Source: Cyanophora paradoxa CCMP329 (lineage: Eukaryota; Plantae; Glaucophyta). From it: a stretch of DNA of 64,000 nucleotides. Shown piece by piece: positions 60,192 through 64,000 of this stretch. Below the pieces are notes generated by a model that made no database searches, was not told where the DNA came from, and saw nothing but the letters and a program-made list of their open reading frames with translations. Numbering within the stretch: position 1 is the first letter of the stretch; every line of letters begins with the position of its first letter. A program made the position numbers and the translations under genes. The stretch spans positions 186,001 to 250,000 of the forward strand of contig QPMI01000637.1 of assembly GCA_004431415.1 (NCBI GenBank), in the 5' to 3' direction.

Positions 60192-63100
60192 TTATACTGT
60201 GACATTTTTAATTTGATCTATTTGATCTTGTAGACCCTTGCATTTCTTAGATAATTCTTTAACGGCTTCTATGAGAACTGGAATTAAACCCGTGTATTCG
60301 AGAGCTAAGTAGCCATCATCTTGTTTTGCTCTCACAACTTCTGGTATTACCTGTTGCACATCTTGCGCAATTAAACCTAATCTTGTTCCGTCTTTTTCAC
60401 TTCCGATTCGTTTAAAACTCACTCCTTCCAATTTCTCAATCGCTGAGAGAGCGCCCGTTATCTTTTTAATATCGGTTTTGTATCTTCTATCGCTACCTTG
60501 TCCGAGATAGTTTCTAACCCACATGTAACCGTCGTCATTTATAAATGCTACATGTGTATCTATCGTATTCCTAAACTCTACTACTGTTGTTGTATGACCT
60601 CTAATGTATGTAGTTCCTGCTGAACCGAAATATACTCTTTCATAATCATCACTTGATCTAATCCAATCTCCGGTAGCCCAAGTTGCGCAATCTGGTTTAC
60701 TAAAAACGTTATCCCAACAGATCGTCCCATTTGCTGGTGTGGTTCTTCCTTTTTCTTTTGTCCATCCAACCATACCGATGTAACACCGCCCTTTACTTGC
60801 AACAAATCTTACGTGTGAAAAGTTATCACAAGCAAAGGAAGCCCACGCCAACCCATCGTGATAATCAGAGGTTCCATAATTTGCGATAGCCTGGTAAGTA
60901 TTTACACGCATAATGTGGAACCATCTACCCGATCGATAACCTCCAATATCGAAATATCTACAATTCGTCCAACACAAGTATTGAACGTGACATGTTTTCA
61001 TATTTGCTGGTTTTTCGATTTGCGCCCAATCACCACTTGTCGTATCATCTGAAATACTGCTATAAAATCCATCCACGGGATTATCATAAGAAGCCGTCCA
61101 ACCTGACACCCAAGATCCACTAAATGATAGACCGCCACTACCTGTCCCACTCCAAGTATCAAAGCCTGTAATGTTTCCAACTAAATTCGTTGTTAGTAGA
61201 TTTGGCTTACTATAAATGTTATCCCAAGAAATAAACCCTGTGTGACCACCATAAGAACTACTATTAGCTCGATCATGCGTAAAACCAATTCCCATAATGT
61301 GTACTCTTCCAACTCTCGGATAAATACGGAGGTGAGTAAATCGACCGGCAAGGAAAATTGGGACATTGTTTAACCCGTTGTGGTGACCGTCTGCATTACC
61401 ATCATGTGGCTGATAGTTATTTACTCTTGTAATAAATACTATTGCCCCATTACTACGGACTCCCCAAATCTCAAAGTAACGGCAATTATACCATGGTAAA
61501 TGTGTAAGGTATGCTGTTCCATTCACTAATGCGGTGGGAATTGTATACTGAATCCAAGTTGTTGTAGACACTTCATCTTGACTTTCACTATTATACACAT
61601 GACTACCATAATTATATCCTGGATCCCAAGCTGTTCCATACCCAACCGACCAAGTTCCGCCCGATGAATGATAAGCACCACCCGCTACTGTGTCGTCGAA
61701 ACCGTAAAATTTCGGAATCTCATAACCATTTCTTTTCAATGTTGCAACATCTATGGTTGTTGCACCAATGGTGGTAGCGCTTATTGTCGGAACTGTCAAA
61801 GTGTTGTTTACCCAAAGGTTACCATTGTTATAAGATTTTAAAATTGCTCCATCTGCTGAATTTCTAAATTCAATCGAAACACCATCACTATTTCCATAAC
61901 CTCGAATATATGTCGTATTACCATTTCCAAACCATATTCGCTCTATGTTATCTGTTGATTTTAACCAAGTGTTTGTAATCCATGTTGCCGTTCCTGGAAG
62001 GTCTGTGGCTGAGTAAAATGATGGTTTGCTATATACGTTATCCCAACTTATCATACCATTTGCTGGTGCTGTTCTTCCTACCTCTTTTGTCCATCCAAAC
62101 ATTCCAATATGAACACGTCCTTTTCTCGCAACAACTCTAATATGTGTAAAATTCCCACAAAATACGGAAGTCCATAATAAACTGTCGTGCCAATTTGTAT
62201 CGGCTGTGTTCGATACATTCTGGTAAGTATTCACTCTCATAATATGATTCCATCGACTGTTGCGGTATCCTTGAATATCGAAATATCGCCCATTTGTCCA
62301 ACATAAATACTGAATGTGACACGTTTTCATTCCTGCTGGAACTGTAATTTGCATATAATCGCTACTGGTTGCATCGTCTGTTGTGCTGCTATAAAATCCT
62401 TCTACTGGGTTATCTGTTGTAGGTTTCCATGCTGTTGTCCAAGTTCCGACAAATGCAACACCTGTGCTATTCCAACCACTCACCACATCAAAATCGGAAT
62501 ATTTACCGACAGGATTAAAAGCGATATTATCATAATGCAATAATCCAACATCATTATCAATTGCTCTTTGTCGACTCCAACCGAAAACACCCGTGAAATA
62601 AATTCGACCTTTCACACCTTTTACCAAAATCTTTTTGTAAAAGTCACAATTTATGGAAGTAAATACAATACCCGGATAAGTCCCATCTTGAATTGCGGTA
62701 TTTTGGATGGCTTGATAGTTATTCACACGTCGTAGGAAATGTTGATGTCCATTAACGGTTTCACCGTAGACATCAAAATATCGACAATTAACCCATAGTA
62801 AAAGTTGAATGAAAAACGATTTCATACCCTCTGGGATCGTCCAACGCATCCAACAACCGCTGCTATCTGTGTCATTTTCAGGTGTTGTATAACATCCTGT
62901 TAGTCCCGTTCTTTGTCCTGTCCAATTGATTGTCCAATTATTTGCGCTTCGATCTGTTGAAACAGTATCCAATTGATCAAATTCAAAACCTTTTGGTATT
63001 GTGTTACCACCAAATTGTAGAGTGGTAGCATTCACAGTTCCATTAACAGTTCCACCTGTAAGAGGTAAATAATTCCCAAGAGCTGCTGTCAACTCTGCAT

Positions 63101-64000
63101 CTGTTGCATAACTGCTTAAATCTGCAGAGGTAAGATATCCTTTATTGGTAAGGTAATCATCTGTAACGACACCTGAAAGGGTTGTATTGTGTAAGTTTTT
63201 CGCCGCCATTCTCTGATTGACTTCTAAGGCGCCACCTGATGTCGTTTTAATCCACGCCATCTCACATTTCCCGTGATCATCTGTGGGTTGTCCCGCAACG
63301 GGAAGATAGTTTACAACTTTCTCCCTTGTGAATACTATTTTAGGTCTTGCTCCATCATATGCGCTTTGATCTGTTACATTTACTTGTATCGCTGCTGAAA
63401 AATCCGCTACTTGTCCTATTTCTCCTGGGTGATAATTCGTAACATAGATACTGGGGAAAGTATCATTTACTCCTACATTGAAATCGCCACTATACACTCC
63501 ATTTACAATTGGATCTCTGGGTAATCTTACTGCAAGAGTTCCCACCATTGGAGTGCCTGTTTGACCTGTAAAAGTCCCATTGAGACTAACATAATGATCA
63601 TTCAAATACAATCTTTCAGGTGTATTACTCGATTGGTAAAGTGTGACTCCATTGAAAACATTTCCGATTGCATTTAATTGTGCAAACACTGGTTGTTCAT
63701 CTATTTCATTCCAAGGATGTCTGTGGTTGCAGTTGGTGATCTGGGAATAATCATGACTATGTGGATCAGGTGGAAAGGTTAATGGTGGATTTGTTATATG
63801 CTCCCATAAATGCTCATGGGGACTGGGTGGGAAGGTTAATGGTGGATTTGTTATATGCTCCCATAAATGCTCATGTGCAAAATCTGTTATTTCATCTTTT
63901 GTGTGGGTGTGGTTATCGATCCAACCTAAAACTACATTGGATGTAGGATGATTTGGTAGATTCGCTTCAATATTCACAGTCAAATAGTCGACTTCTAGAT
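60192..64000 (-). CDS. Large tail-fibre/spike-like protein with C-terminal Peptidase_S74 intramolecular chaperone (5' end lies beyond the window)
   Basis: The frame is open to the window edge (..LEVDYLTVNIEAN), so the protein is >1263 aa. It has HxH fibre repeats (HTHTKDEITDF, 2x HEHLWEHITNPPLTFPP), four Trp-rich ~160-aa domains, and SDRRYKTDIKKI..LGLIAQDVQQVIPEVV..YTGLIPVLIEAVKEL followed by a coiled coil. Confidence 0.9.
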   Translation of the reverse strand, partial: LEVDYLTVNIEANLPNHPTSNVVLGWIDNHTHTKDEITDFAHEHLWEHITNPPLTFPPSPHEHLWEHITNPPLTFPPDPHSHDYSQITNCNHRHPWNEIDEQPVFAQLNAIGNVFNGVTLYQSSNTPERLYLNDHYVSLNGTFTGQTGTPMVGTLAVRLPRDPIVNGVYSGDFNVGVNDTFPSIYVTNYHPGEIGQVADFSAAIQVNVTDQSAYDGARPKIVFTREKVVNYLPVAGQPTDDHGKCEMAWIKTTSGGALEVNQRMAAKNLHNTTLSGVVTDDYLTNKGYLTSADLSSYATDAELTAALGNYLPLTGGTVNGTVNATTLQFGGNTIPKGFEFDQLDTVSTDRSANNWTINWTGQRTGLTGCYTTPENDTDSSGCWMRWTIPEGMKSFFIQLLLWVNCRYFDVYGETVNGHQHFLRRVNNYQAIQNTAIQDGTYPGIVFTSINCDFYKKILVKGVKGRIYFTGVFGWSRQRAIDNDVGLLHYDNIAFNPVGKYSDFDVVSGWNSTGVAFVGTWTTAWKPTTDNPVEGFYSSTTDDATSSDYMQITVPAGMKTCHIQYLCWTNGRYFDIQGYRNSRWNHIMRVNTYQNVSNTADTNWHDSLLWTSVFCGNFTHIRVVARKGRVHIGMFGWTKEVGRTAPANGMISWDNVYSKPSFYSATDLPGTATWITNTWLKSTDNIERIWFGNGNTTYIRGYGNSDGVSIEFRNSADGAILKSYNNGNLWVNNTLTVPTISATTIGATTIDVATLKRNGYEIPKFYGFDDTVAGGAYHSSGGTWSVGYGTAWDPGYNYGSHVYNSESQDEVSTTTWIQYTIPTALVNGTAYLTHLPWYNCRYFEIWGVRSNGAIVFITRVNNYQPHDGNADGHHNGLNNVPIFLAGRFTHLRIYPRVGRVHIMGIGFTHDRANSSSYGGHTGFISWDNIYSKPNLLTTNLVGNITGFDTWSGTGSGGLSFSGSWVSGWTASYDNPVDGFYSSISDDTTSGDWAQIEKPANMKTCHVQYLCWTNCRYFDIGGYRSGRWFHIMRVNTYQAIANYGTSDYHDGLAWASFACDNFSHVRFVASKGRCYIGMVGWTKEKGRTTPANGTICWDNVFSKPDCATWATGDWIRSSDDYERVYFGSAGTTYIRGHTTTVVEFRNTIDTHVAFINDDGYMWVRNYLGQGSDRRYKTDIKKITGALSAIEKLEGVSFKRIGSEKDGTRLGLIAQDVQQVIPEVVRAKQDDGYLALEYTGLIPVLIEAVKELSKKCKGLQDQIDQIKNVTV

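Larger units (their letters stand above)
56328..64000. mobile_element. Left end of an AT-rich endogenous DNA virus-like element (Polinton-like virus, virophage or small giant-virus type; class unresolved), running off the window
   Basis: Composition switches sharply from GC-rich to AT-rich exactly at an inverted-repeat arm. About 1.1 kb of palindrome-rich non-coding DNA is followed by six intron-less co-oriented ORFs with 3-39 bp spacers that encode virus-type proteins. Confidence 0.8.

Noticed and set aside
60186-60194. TAAATG poxvirus-like late promoter
   Set aside because: It is a single occurrence explained by stop-start adjacency, and other viral genes do not share it.
63981-63983. Listed start of the 1263-aa ORF
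   Set aside because: It is a TTG in a frame that stays open to the window edge, so the true start is upstream.
1-64000. Species assignment, tRNA/rRNA genes, and a specific virus family
   Set aside because: No diagnostic sequence was recognised, and viral hallmark genes lie outside the window.

Overview
GC-rich, intron-dense eukaryotic (protist-like) DNA. The six-frame ORF track is mostly exon fragments and antisense shadows, so genes were rebuilt by hand-splicing. (1) 663-30219: one giant multi-exon gene for a secreted, single-pass receptor. It has a signal peptide, dozens of ~100-aa Cys-paired repeats including a recent 3x 1626-bp (500-aa) tandem amplification, a REJ module, a GPS/GAIN cleavage motif, one TM helix and a short tail. 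(2) 30.5-36.8 kb: a transposon nest, with a 5'-truncated L1/Tx1-type LINE (13-bp TSD, poly-A) apparently inside a Helitron-like element. (3) 36818-53767: two paralogous ankyrin-TIR-TIR-coiled coil-CaaX genes arranged head-to-head, with inferred start codons 116 bp apart. One keeps the TIR catalytic Glu and the other has His in its place, which makes this a candidate prenylated 'paired immune receptor' and the best candidate for a new system. (4) 54.1-56.2 kb: a Pro-rich hypothetical gene. (5) 56328 to the end: an abrupt switch to AT-rich, intron-less, tightly packed DNA, interpreted as the end of an endogenous DNA virus. It has a hairpin-rich terminal kilobase, an AdoMet decarboxylase, a DUF723-like zinc-ribbon protein, two paralogous fibre-like proteins and a >1263-aa fibre with a Peptidase_S74 chaperone. 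No capsid, integrase or polymerase gene lies in the window, so the virus class is unresolved. All domain calls come from motif recognition by eye, not from database searches.
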